DNA of 37,145 nucleotides from Octopus bimaculoides (taxonomy: Eukaryota), in the NCBI RefSeq assembly GCF_001194135.2, contig NC_068982.1:90825051-90862195 (forward strand), in the 5' to 3' direction. Below the pieces are notes generated by a model, which had not been told where the DNA came from, ran no database searches, and saw only the letters and a program-made list of their open reading frames with translations. This document shows, in pieces, positions 21,901 through 33,646 of the stretch (positions within the stretch are counted from its first letter, which is position 1; each line of letters begins with the position of its first letter). Made by a program: the position numbers and the translations under genes.

Positions 21901-23106
21901 AAACTATACGAGGGGATGGAAAATTCTCTAAAGTCTATTCAGACTATTCTAACTGTCCAACAAGTACCGAGTAGATTTCATAAATGTACTAGTGTAGACA
22001 TGGAGTAACCACAAGGAAGATCCAGATCGTATATTCAATAGACAGAGTGAAGGATGTCCACACATAAAATTGGTCAGGTATGCAACCCAGAAATTTGTTA
22101 TCTGCGCAGGTGACATAGATAGGACTGATAGATCGGAACCCAGTTCTATGACGTTGAACGCACCATCTCGAAACTCAGTTCAAAATGTAAGTTAAGTGAC
22201 TATTCACAGAGGCGATTGTGAATAACGGGTCGTGGTGCTCCCTGAAGAAGGCGGCTAAGTATGGTTCGATAGGTATTAGTAAAGAGCAAATAATAGAGAC
22301 AAATAGATTAGAAACGAAGATAGCTAACTAGAAGAATCGGTGAGCAAACGCACCGCAACCAACGTGCTATCGGCAAAAATTGTCTTCAATAAAGAAGACG
22401 AGCGCTGCGCTGAGAGCGAGATCACATTCGCTAAAATAAGAGATAACGAAAGCCGATACGTGGGCTCAGAACTATTATCTCTCTGAAGTTCCCAACTTAT
22501 TTTAGCAGCCAATCTAGACCCAGTAATTTTCAATTCTAACGTTTCTATTTCTTGTGTATCCAAAACAAATGGGAAAGCTGCGTCTATTATGTTACAAGTC
22601 CTCGTATTTTTCTTGAATATTCAAGTTCCTTCTGTGTCTGGATTTTCATGTCCCATACAGTTCTCAGCTGCTCTTTTATGGCATTTTTCTTTGGTCTATG
22701 TCCACATATCTTTATTTAGTTTGCAGATATTGAAAGTGTCAGGATGTTTATCTTCTTAGGAATGGGACACACAGAATCATGTAGCAAAAGAATATATCCC
22801 TAGAGAGAGAAAGAAAAACGAAAGAAGAAAGAAAGATGAAAGGAAAAAAGGAAATGTTAAATAATTTGTTGAGTAGTAGAAGTTGCTCTGTTGTACTGTG
22901 TTTGAGAGTGTTTGAGAATGTAAGGAGCATTTGGATTGATCTGTGACCGATGAGTTAGTGTCATATAAACTTCCTCCTGTGTTATGAAATGAGATCATGA
23001 ATATGTCATGGAGCATTCTGACGAACCACGAGATGGCATATCATAAATCTAACATCATTTTCGATGATAAATATGAAACTAGCGAGCGGTCTCATTATTG
23101 TTGTAA

Positions 23107-23190
23107 CGTAGTTATGGATGTGTGGATAAAATATTTGATTAGCCGAATGCTTTCGGGTTCACTCCAACTGTGCGGCACATTGGACAAGTT
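23107..23190 (+). mobile_element. Degenerate 5' fragment of SINE family 2
   Basis: tggatgtgtgg...ttcgggttcactccaactgtgcggcacattggacaag aligns with the head of the 31193-31477 copy. Confidence 0.5.
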
Positions 23191-25209
23191 TTTTTTTTTA
23201 TATATATGTGTATGTATGCACGTATGTTAGTGTATGTGTGTGAGCGCGTACTCTGAAGGAATCAATCCGAAATATCTGATACTCCAGTACTCACGGCAAT
23301 TTCACTGTACTCTCTCAGTCGCCTTTTTTTTTTCAAATGATTCTGAGACATGATTTCAAGAGGTAAGAAGTCAAGTAAAAAGCCAAATCGTTAATCGTTT
23401 TGAAAATCAAAAATAGATTTTTTTTTATTGGTACCCAATGTAGAGCGAATGATGTAGAGGTCATATTTGTGTCACGGGAAATCGTAGAAATAAATGAGCA
23501 CAATCTGTATAATTTGTTGCTTTCAAATTTTCTAGTAGTTATTTTTGTGTTTTGATTTCATTAGCCTTTTTGCTTTGACTTGCTTGACTTTTGGGGGGAT
23601 NNNNNNNNNNGGTTATAGAGATGAAATTACAAGTAGCAGTATTGGAAATGATAATAGTTAAATAAAGTGTATAGAAAGTTTAGTCCAACATGGGATAACA
23701 AATCTCCAAGTTTCTTGCTACGTATTTCGTAGATTATATAATACGAATGAATGAGAGATGATCTTTGAAAAATTATCTGAATTCTCATATTTTCAAACAT
23801 AACATTAAAATTGTTTTCCCCTGAGAGATCATTATATTTTTCTAGTCGGGCAACTGGTCTAATTGATTCAAGGTTGAAAGATTGCTACTTTAGATTTATC
23901 AGAATTCAGACAATTATTATTCATTGATTCGATAATACTCTTAGTGATGACTGGTATTTGGGAGTGAGATCTGATAAGGATGGACTGAATGATCAGCATC
24001 TGCATAATCATATATGTAGTGGAGCTTAGTTTTAATATTATGGGATATGATACGCAGCGATTTTAATCCTTCTGTGTTAATTACAATGTCTTGGATCATT
24101 TAAACAACGTTTCAGTACTTAAAATGAACATTTCATTGGTAAACCATAAATTAATTAGAAAGTTTCGGTGGTAGTAGTAAAAGATAGGCGTGCGTATAAA
24201 TCAGTATGATGATAACACGATACACAGAGATTTATACACACATCTAAGCAACAGTCTCAATAAAAAAAACTTTGACCAGTCTGCTATGTTTACAGCATCA
24301 TTACAGATTGGTGAATGTGAGATGACCATTGAGGTGAAAGTGCACATATTTCATTATTAGATTTTAAAAGACCTACACAGACGACCTCTTGCTGTTTTAT
24401 TAGAACTTCATATTTCAGAAAGGCAGTTTTTCTTATGTTAGACGTAATAATCAGATTTTTGCATAGAAAGTGTTTTGAGAATGTCTATAAAGTGCTGTTG
24501 TGTTTTGAACGAAACTGTTAAATGTACTGAATGGAGCAGATGCGTTCAAATAGGTTAAAGTAAATGTTCTTTGTTAGTGTTTAAAATTTTATTGTTGATA
24601 CTAATGTTTCTTCACAGAATCTCAGCTACATTCACTTTCCAGAGTAAAAGAGGTTTTATGTTTCACAAGGAATGGCATTGAACATAATATCTCCTGTCAA
24701 TCTCTTTTAGAATTATAATTATTATTCAGACGATAACTTGGCACATGAGAGTTACTCCAGATTGTCAGATAATTTCAGCATAATTCCATTGGCATTATTT
24801 ATGTATTTGTTTTTGTCTTCGCAAATAGTGAAAATTAGAGAAATGGAAGAATATGAAAATTTCAACATCATAGAATTCATGGTGATAGACCAGTCTTTTA
24901 TTATCTGCTAACTACTGCGTTTCCAGGGCTATGAAAATTCTACATAACATTCAATACATTAAGAATATTTCAAAAGAAATTAGGTTTAGCGGCAAACAAC
25001 TTCTCAAGATTAATTTGGCAAACATCATTGGTAGATATTCTGGGAGAAATAATGGCTTTGGTATGAGCAGAGTTTAACCTGAGGTGATTCAAATCTTTCT
25101 AAAGAAGTCGACACCATAACGTAGAAAATCAATATTGTCGCCCATTGTTAATGTGAAATCTGCACCATTTTCAGTTATGAGCCAAACATGCAGAGTATAT
25201 CAAGCATAC

Positions 25210-25340
25210 TTTGCTGGGGGAGGTAGTGTCGATTAAACTGATCCAAATACTGAATAGCTACTTTTTATATCGACCCCAAAATGATATAAAACAGCATTCA
25301 ACTTCGGATGGCTTTGAAATTAAAACGTAAAGAACCGTAA
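25210..25340 (-). mobile_element. Degenerate copy of SINE family 1
   Basis: gggggaggtagtgtcgattaaactgatccaaatac...tatcgaccccaaaatgatataaaac is collinear with 5575-5690. Confidence 0.5.
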
Positions 25341-25666
25341 CTATAAAATTTTATCTGAGGCTTACACTAAGTTGGCAAGCTGCTTTCGCTACAAATATAT
25401 ATACAATGAGAGAAAAGGAGAGAGAGAGGGAGAGAGAGAGACAGAAAGAGACAGACAGACAGACAGACAGGTGTATACATAGATATACAGATATATATAT
25501 ATATATATATATGCGTATATATGGCCCAGAAGATAGTACAACTGACATAGCTGCAAACGATTAAAGCCATTCACAAGATCACCACAAGTTATGGATTCAG
25601 GATAACCACCACTAACACCTGTAACACGTACCCAGATATCGCATTCATTCCTAGTAAATAGTGTAG

Positions 25667-26160
25667 GTGTTTTACAACTCAGTAACAGAAGAGCTTGCCA
25701 TATGCAATGAAGCAATATTCACGGCGCTTATAGGAACCCATCTAACTCCGAACATAACAGATACATATACCAGGGTAGATTGCATTTCGTGCAACAGAAA
25801 AGAAAGAAGCCATGGAGGAGCTCTTATGTACATCCGCGAAGATGTCACACGCATTGTACTGCTGTCACACTCAAATTCATCTTGTGATACTTTAATAATG
25901 CATATGAAACAAATTGATGTAGTGTGCGCAACATACTGTCCAGCAAGTGCTTCGAAACATGATGGTAAATTTGAGGATAGCCTCAGCCACATAGAAGAGC
26001 TATTGACAAACTTTGGTCGACACATCAGTATACTCCTCCTGGGTGACTTCAAAATCCCAAATGTTAAATGACTTAAAGATCATATCCTTTCTTAGATGTC
26101 ACCGCAAAGCAAGCAGAATCACTACTTGAACTTCATAGTAGACATGTATTATTTTAAATA
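25667..26160 (+). mobile_element. APE-type endonuclease fragment of a CR1/L2-like LINE
   Basis: The ORF carries GTHL (ETHL-like), NRKERSHGGALMYIRED, TYCP (YRPP-like) and ILLLGDFKIPNVK (GDFNxPxV), followed by QAESLLEL. Confidence 0.8.
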
Positions 26161-26172
26161 TAGTAGTAGATA

Positions 26173-26238
26173 TACATACATACATACATACATACATACA
26201 TACATACATACATACATACATACATACATACATACATA
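26173..26238. repeat. (TACA)n microsatellite
   Basis: Directly visible. Confidence 0.95.
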
Positions 26239-28271
26239 ATGCTGTTACTGATTTACTAGTTCCAGCCAGCCGTACAAAGTCACAGCCACAACTGTTGCTA
26301 TTTCTCTTCAACCCTGTTGTGGTATTTGTTCCTAAGTTTAAATAGAGAGAGTGAGGCATTTTCCACTATGCAGTGGCGTCCGATGTGGGAAGGGTTCTGT
26401 GTATCCCGACTAGGATGTTGTGTAACAACTGCCTAATTGGCACTTTCGCACATTGTTCGCTCAGTTTGGAAATGGTCTAAGAAAAATCGACTGCGTCACC
26501 TTCATGTAAGGAACGACTTTTATGGTTATTTTTATGCCTTTTGCCTAATGTGTTGTAGCCAGAAATTCTGTGTTCGCGATGTGGTGTTCAATCTTTAGCT
26601 GCCAACGAGAAAGGCTTTACTTGGTCGACCTGCTAGAAATATCAAATAAATCTCAACTGTGATTGACACTTTAGATAATACTAAAGAGGGATCTGTGCCA
26701 TTAAAAACGAAAATTTCATGACATGCTTTTAATCAGATCTGCTTGATCAAAATAGTCTTGGGACGAAACAGCAACAATGACAACTACAGGAACACTTTTT
26801 TTCTCTCTCAAAGATCGTCTCTAACGTAATTTTCCTCTACTTCACCTAAATACCGCATATATTATATATGAAACAATTCTTTTTATAATATATATAAAGT
26901 TTTCTTAGAAATGTGAACCCAGATTGAAAGCTTTGAAATTCATGAAATACATAATGGGATATCAATTTTCTGTTCACATTAACACATCTTTCTTCAAAGA
27001 CCTGTAATTAACCAAATTCTAATTGCTGTGATTGTTGTTTTCCCCAAGTCAGCACTGTTGACCAAAGGCATTACAGTCATGATCATATTGTATATTTAGG
27101 ACTGCATGACCAACGTGTATATCGATTTTTAAGACGTAAAGGTTTTATATGAAAGAATTTTTCTAATATTTCTGAGATGGGGTAACCACCCAGAGGTTCA
27201 TTCGTTTGTTTATTACGATTCTGGTAAAATATCAGAGGGATTATAACGCCCTTTTTAAAAAATAAATATTGAAGGGGCCTTTTTTTAAATATATTACATG
27301 TTTTTCATTAGTAATAATTAACTGAATTAGACTCAAGATCTAATAATAAAATCTCCACACCTGGAAAGTTCTGCTAAACGTAACACGTTTGAGTGATTCT
27401 TATCATAACTAGAGTATAAAAAAAGTTTTTGAAATACGCTTTATGAATCGGAAATGAGTTTAGTACTGAAACTATGTCAGTATTTATGGATTAGCATTGG
27501 ATTACAACAGATCATTAGAGTTATTAGTATGTGACTACAGCAGAACATTATAGATATTTACAAGAGATTTCAGCTGCAACGTGAGAAGTTTACTCATGGC
27601 ACATAATTCGCCTTCTACCATACGTTCTAATGAAATAATGTTCAGTGCATAAAAATCATTATCTGATGCAAAATAATATTGCTCTCTATACTTAGCTATG
27701 TCCTCAATACATTACGCTTCTGTTCTTCAGATCCTGTCAAGGAAGCTACTATCCAAGAATAAAGCATAAGGAAAATAAATTGATTTACTCTATTCGCTAT
27801 CTTTCTAACTACATATTGACTATGATTTTAATAAATCACCAAGTAAGAATTCCATATACTTCACATTTATGGAAATTCACGGAAAAATAGTTTGTAATAA
27901 GCATATTTCGTTCAACCGTATTCTATTTCTCCAACAGAATTTTTACCTATTCTTCATTTCAAGGAATATTAATGATACCGAAAACTTTATGCTTCAATTT
28001 CCTTAGATTTCACACATAAATTCAATGAGATTTACTTTTATTTGCTATTTGCTGCAGTTAATTGATTACATTATAGTAATTAATTCTATGACCATTAATG
28101 GCTAGTTGTAGATGTTATTAATAAAGTTACTTATAAAATTAAGCTGTTCTCAAACACCTACTGAAGAAAATATATGGAGCTGAGTTTATAAGAGAATCAT
28201 TATTTAAAAAGATTAAAGTTAAGTAATAATGCTTTCAAATGTTGGCACTATGCCAATATAATAATAAGAAT

Positions 28272-28476
28272 ATTTTCTACAATAGGTACAAGGCCTGAAA
28301 TTTTAGGGGAGCAGTTAAGTCGACCCCAGTACCCAAGTGTAACTTATTTTATCGATCCCGAAAGGAAGAAAGGCAAAGTCGACGCCAGCGGAATTTGAAC
28401 TCGGGACGCAAAGAGGGACAAAATGCCGCTGAACATTTCGCCCGGTGTGTTAACGGCTCTGCAAGCTTGCCACCTT
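28272..28476 (-). mobile_element. tRNA-derived SINE, family 1
   Basis: Same B-box 13-mer (plus-strand ggaatttgaactc, 28390-28402) and shared acaaggcctgaaattt, gaaagg-gaaaggcaaa-tcgac and gccacctt blocks as the copy at 5538-5755. Confidence 0.85.
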
Positions 28477-30294
28477 GTTTAATAAGTAATATTCATGGAA
28501 ATTTGTTAGGACACAGACCTGCTTATTTGAGATGAGTCTCTATACCTTCTACCGAGTCTAAGATAATGTGGAAATCTAAAATTAAGTAAATCTGTGATAA
28601 CTGAATGCCTTAATATATTAATCTTCTTCCAACTCCAAACAAAGTAAATGCATTAATAAGAAGAGGCGGGAACTTTATAGGAAACGAGCAATTTAAGGAT
28701 TGATGGTTTCTATAGTTGTTACTAAAATAAGGATTTAGATTAGATATTTAATGAGACAAGCAATTTCGGAATTTGTATTATCGTTTTTAATAGAATACCA
28801 GCAATACAATCTATTTAATCCACACGACAAATATATCATTTTATCTTCAAAGCATTAGGTTATCATGAAACGATTAAAGTTTCTAATGTAATCTTCAACG
28901 GATATGTATATAATCTTTTTAAAGTCTTTATATTAATATAACATAGATACTACCTGTGAAACAGATTGATATATTTATAACTGGAATATTGAAAACAACA
29001 TTGAGTCTTTTATGCCAATAAATTCTTCTCTTCATAGAGATATTAAGTCTATTTTGTGACTATGAAAGCTACATAAGAGCAGAAAACACTTCACAATATT
29101 GATCTTCTTATCACTTATACAAACTTTACTAAAGGTGCAACAGTAATAAAAAGCTGATGCAAATTGACATCTTTTACAAACATATAACAAAATTCATTAT
29201 ATCTCGAGTCTTTTATGACAATTTAGCTGCTTGCAGCAATTCGAAGTGTTTGATATGTTGCAAGAAGATTGGTTTCCAAGCTGGGTATTAATGAAGGATG
29301 GAAATAATGCGTTCGCAATTCAAGTTGTTTGTATAAAATGAGGGGGGATGGGGGTTTGAGGTTATTAAATGTATCTTAGTTTCGAAACGATCTAGTCTAT
29401 ATTTAAAAGTCTTTGATGCCAATACTTGGTAAGAAAAAAGAAAACTTATTTTCCTTCACTTCAAAATCATCCACTGATGATAAATATAATGTCAAACATT
29501 TTAGTCAATAGATAAACTGGAATTAATAAATCTGCCAAATTATTGAATGAAAATGTGTGCATCTCTAGTTGTGAGAGTACTATTGTATGTGCTTTCGGTG
29601 TGTCGCAGTCATTTTCTTGTCTTAACCGTATAAAAACTGAACGCATACACCTATGTAAACAATATTGATTTCATCCACTTGAGTTTATTGTTAATGTTTT
29701 GCAGAATACAATCGATTAAATCACCCGCAATGCATAATAACTAAACATAACAGCTAAGTGTCTCTCAAATCATACCTTACCTTCTTAAAAAAAGTAGTAT
29801 GCATTAGAAATTGGCTCAAAGTAAACGAGGGTATGTTTTATTAAAGTCGTTGTTCATAAGTCTACTCTAATAAGGGTTACCTGGTGCTAAATAATAACTT
29901 ATACAATTTTATGCGTACTTTGAGAAATAATCTCGATGAGCGAATAAGTAAATGAAGTCAATTTAAGATACAAATTAGAAAGGAAGATACTACAGTTATT
30001 AAGTGAAGGAAACTATAAAATGGCAAGGTGGAAGACACAGAACAACAATAAATTAAGAGCTAAATGTTTTTCAAATAGTTTATTGAACAGATAAACGTTT
30101 TGGTGGTAATGACGAGAATTAAAAGAGTTTATTATCCTCAATATGAGAATTATAGTGTTCTCAAATCAAATATAAAGCTAGTACAACTTTATTAGCTACT
30201 CAAAACATGTATTTGTATATTAAATGACAACATATAAACAGACTCTTTCAGTTTGGTATTCTGTGTTTCCAGACTAGAAACCTCGATTATTGTA

Positions 30295-30960
30295 CGAGGG
30301 AAATCAAAAATTATCTGTACTTTCGCTATAACATATCTTTATTATTGTTACACTGCCTTCTACTCATACGTGCTTATAGTTGGTACTATTGTGGTCACAT
30401 GATCGAAGTCTGAGCTTGATCGCGTCATTTTTCTTTCTGGCTTTACAGTGTAAGCATGGCCACTCCATTATCAATGTGCCCCTAAGAAGAACAAAGAGCA
30501 GTGATCCAATTTCTCTGGTCGGAAGGTGTTTCAGGTGCTGAAATTCATCGGAGGCTTTTAGCACAATACGTGTACAGTGCACTACCGTGTAGAAATCTTT
30601 GAGTAGATTGAGAAGTTTAAAAGTGGCCGGACAAGCGTGACGCACGAAGAGGATGCAGGACGCCCGTCAACCGGCATCGCTGAGGATAAGATTTGGCAAG
30701 CTCGAGAAATGATATTAGTGAACCGGCTTGCCATTACAATCTCTCGGATCACTGTTCTTTGTTTTTCTTTGTTGCACATCGTTAGTGGAGCGGCCATATT
30801 TACACTGTAAAGCCAGAAAGAAAAATGGCACGATCAGGTTCAAACTTCGATCATGTGACTACAACAGTACCAACTAGAAGCGCATATGCGCAGAAGGCAG
30901 TGTGACAATAATAAAGATATGTTATGGCGAAAGTGCGGATATTTTTTTACTTTCCTCTCC
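30295..30960. mobile_element. Fold-back mariner derivative with two 5' ends: ~213-bp inverted arms around a transposase HTH segment
   Basis: TA at 30293-30294 and 30961-30962. Arms at 30295-30507 and 30746-30960 each contain TIR, 5'UTR and transposase start (ATG 30456: MATPLSMCP*EEQRAVIQFLWSEG; minus ATG 30797: MAAPLTMCNKEKQRTVIR). The spacer encodes AEIHRRL...KFKSGRTSVTHEEDAGRPST. Confidence 0.93.
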
Positions 30961-31192
30961 TAGATAACAAATTTTTGCCTGCAGAAGAAGAGTTGTCTGT
31001 GCGTTTCATATAAAAAAAACAGCCTCGATAGCTAGAACAAGTATCTCCAAATAACACCAGTTCACAAAACTATAAAGAGAAAATGTGAGTGATATGTTTT
31101 AATATTTCACCATGTTGATAGTTGTGATAATTTTTTTGGAATCATATTCCCAGCACTGTAACCTGCATAAATTATTTTCTTACTCTCTCTCT

Positions 31193-31477
31193 TTTTACTC
31201 TTTTACTTGTTTCAGTCATTTGACTGTGGCCATGCTGGAGCACCACCTTTAGTCGAGCAAATCGACCCCAGGACTTATTCTTTGTAAGCCTAGTACTTAT
31301 CGGTACATATATACGACGGGCTTCTTTCAGTTTCCATCTACCAAATCCACTCACAAGGCTTTGGTCGGCCTGAGGCTACAGTAGAAGACAATTGCCCAAA
31401 GTGCCACGCAGTGAGAATGAACCCGGAACCATGTGGTTCGTAAGCAAGTTACTTACCACACGGCCACTCCTACGCCT
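31193..31477 (-). mobile_element. tRNA-derived SINE, family 2 (with a ggcac-ttgggcaa CORE-like central block)
   Basis: A-box-like TGGCCGTGTGG (31456-31466), B-box-like GGTTCATTCTC (31413-31423) and a (GAGTAAAA)-type tail on the minus strand. Confidence 0.88.
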
Positions 31478-31994
31478 ATCATTTTCAATATTTCTTCTAT
31501 CTAAGCCGGATTTTTATGATAATTTAATTTCGTAAGCAATCATCAACGCAGAAATATCTTATAAAATATTGAATACTGAATTCTTGGTTATTCAGCACTA
31601 TACTAGTGTAGAGAAATGAACTGTTGTAGAGAGTTGATTCGAGCTATGTATAATTTAGTGATCCCAGTAGATTATAAAATAAAAACTCTGATCAGAAGTT
31701 TTTCGTATTATTCCTTTTAATGGTTTCCATTTTTAAAGGAAGAGTGTGTTTATATGTGAGGGAATGAGATGTGTGTGTTTGTGTGTGTGTGTGTGTGTGT
31801 GTTAACACTTATATATAGTGATACAAATACATAACATTGATGTTATCCACAAGCAGTGTAGTTCAAAATGTGTGTTACTTCGTTGCTGGTTGAAGATCCA
31901 CAACTTGTCCAAGGATTTGTGTTCCTTTGTATGTTATACCAATGTATATTGACATAGACTTGCGCTCAACAAATTGACAGCGTGTTTGATTAGA

Positions 31995-32105
31995 ACTTTG
32001 TTTTATCGGTCTCGGATGGATCAGAGGCAAGATTTACCACAGCGGATTTGAATTCAGAACGTAAGAAATCAGGAAGTATTTTATTTGACGCTCCAACGAT
32101 TCCCC
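31995..32105 (-). mobile_element. Degenerate copy of SINE family 1
   Basis: ttttatcggtctcggatggatcagaggcaagattt...gcggatttgaattcagaacg matches the family-1 core. Confidence 0.45.
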
Positions 32106-33369
32106 AATCTATTGGCATTTTATCCTACGCTCTAACAATTCTGCACATCTACTACATTTTAGCCAGAATATAAATAAGATAATACTCTCCTGTCATTTAT
32201 ATCCAATTGCTAACCTTAAAGTTTAAAAGATGGTGACACCTATTGACTATTTTACATCATCTCTTGCAGCTTAATTTAAATGATGCAGTAGGTCATGACA
32301 TTCAACTGGACAATTACCTCTTGTCAGGTGATACATATTATTATTTGAACTAAAGGCGATATATGAAACGAGGTAAAATATGGGAGAAATTGGTTATTGG
32401 AAGTCGAAGCTTTCGTCGTATTCGATGGTACGGGCCACACTGATTATCACAGAATATAACTGACAAAAATCTGCCCCACCTCGTTCATGTGTATGCTACA
32501 TGAAAATCCATTTTTGGTCTTCAATTTAGTATTTTTTTAAAGTCTTCACAAATTTAATCCTCGTTTGCATGAATCTGTCCACAACTGGATTACATTAATT
32601 ATCAGCATCTGCTTGTCATTCATTAGACACATGAAATTATTACTTTGATTTCTGTAATCATTGTTCTCATTTCTTTTTAATATAAATATTGCATAGAATG
32701 TTTATTTACAATTCACCACAGAATTTTTAAGAAGAAACAGGAATAACTTAATTTTAGCAAAGTTATCTCTGACCAACGATAAAAAGAGGAAAAGCAATGA
32801 TAACTTGGATAAAAAAAGTCCCTCATTTCCTAGATGACAGGATGATAACGATTGGAATGTCATTGAACATATAAACATGTCTGCTGGAACTGTGTTGACC
32901 TGAGGTTAAAGAACAAAAGTGTCAAAGCATTTTAACCCAGTGTCTTTCTGTGCAAGTCGACACTACTCTATATTTTACCTATACCTTTTCTCTCAGATCA
33001 TCTTCCATCTTCCTTTCCTTGCCATTTATATTGTACACTCTGCTCTTTCCACGGTCTTTTATCCAGTTCTATCTCACTCCAATAATTTTCTTACAATAAC
33101 ACCTTTTATTACCTCAGTATATCTTCCAGACGTTCCTCACCCTCGCTCATACATACTTTTCATTAACCTGTGTCACACAGCTTTCAAAATATTCATTTTT
33201 AGATATATGTATATATATCGCCACCATCATATTCTATTCAATCTCTTTCACCTGCATATCTAGCCTCTCATATATATTTCATTTGATTATCCTCACCGCA
33301 ATATCCTTTAAACGATTTCAATTTCTATTCAGAATTGTCGTCTCACATTTCACACGTTCCATCATACAT

Positions 33370-33370
<1 letters not shown>

Positions 33371-33428
<58 letters not shown>

Positions 33429-33613
33429 NNNNNNNNNNNNNNNNNNNNNNNNNNNNNNNNNNNNNNNNNNNNNNNNNNNNNNNNNNNNNNNNNNNNNNNN
33501 NNNNNNNNNNNNNNNNNNNNNNNNNNNNNNNNNNNNNNNNNNNNNNNNNNNNNNNNNNNNNNNNNNNNNNNNNNNNNNNNNNNNNNNNNNNNNNNNNNNN
33601 NNNNNNNNNNNNN

Positions 33614-33646
<33 letters not shown>
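33371..33646. repeat. (CT)n, N gap, (GATA)n
   Basis: Directly visible. Confidence 0.95.

Noticed and set aside
22241-22275. CTGAAGAAGGCGG, a hammerhead-like start
   Set aside because: There is no complementary stem II and no GAAA core.
22324-22563. CpG-richer segment open on both strands (79-aa minus ORF)
   Set aside because: No recognisable motif or splice-consistent model; left unassigned.
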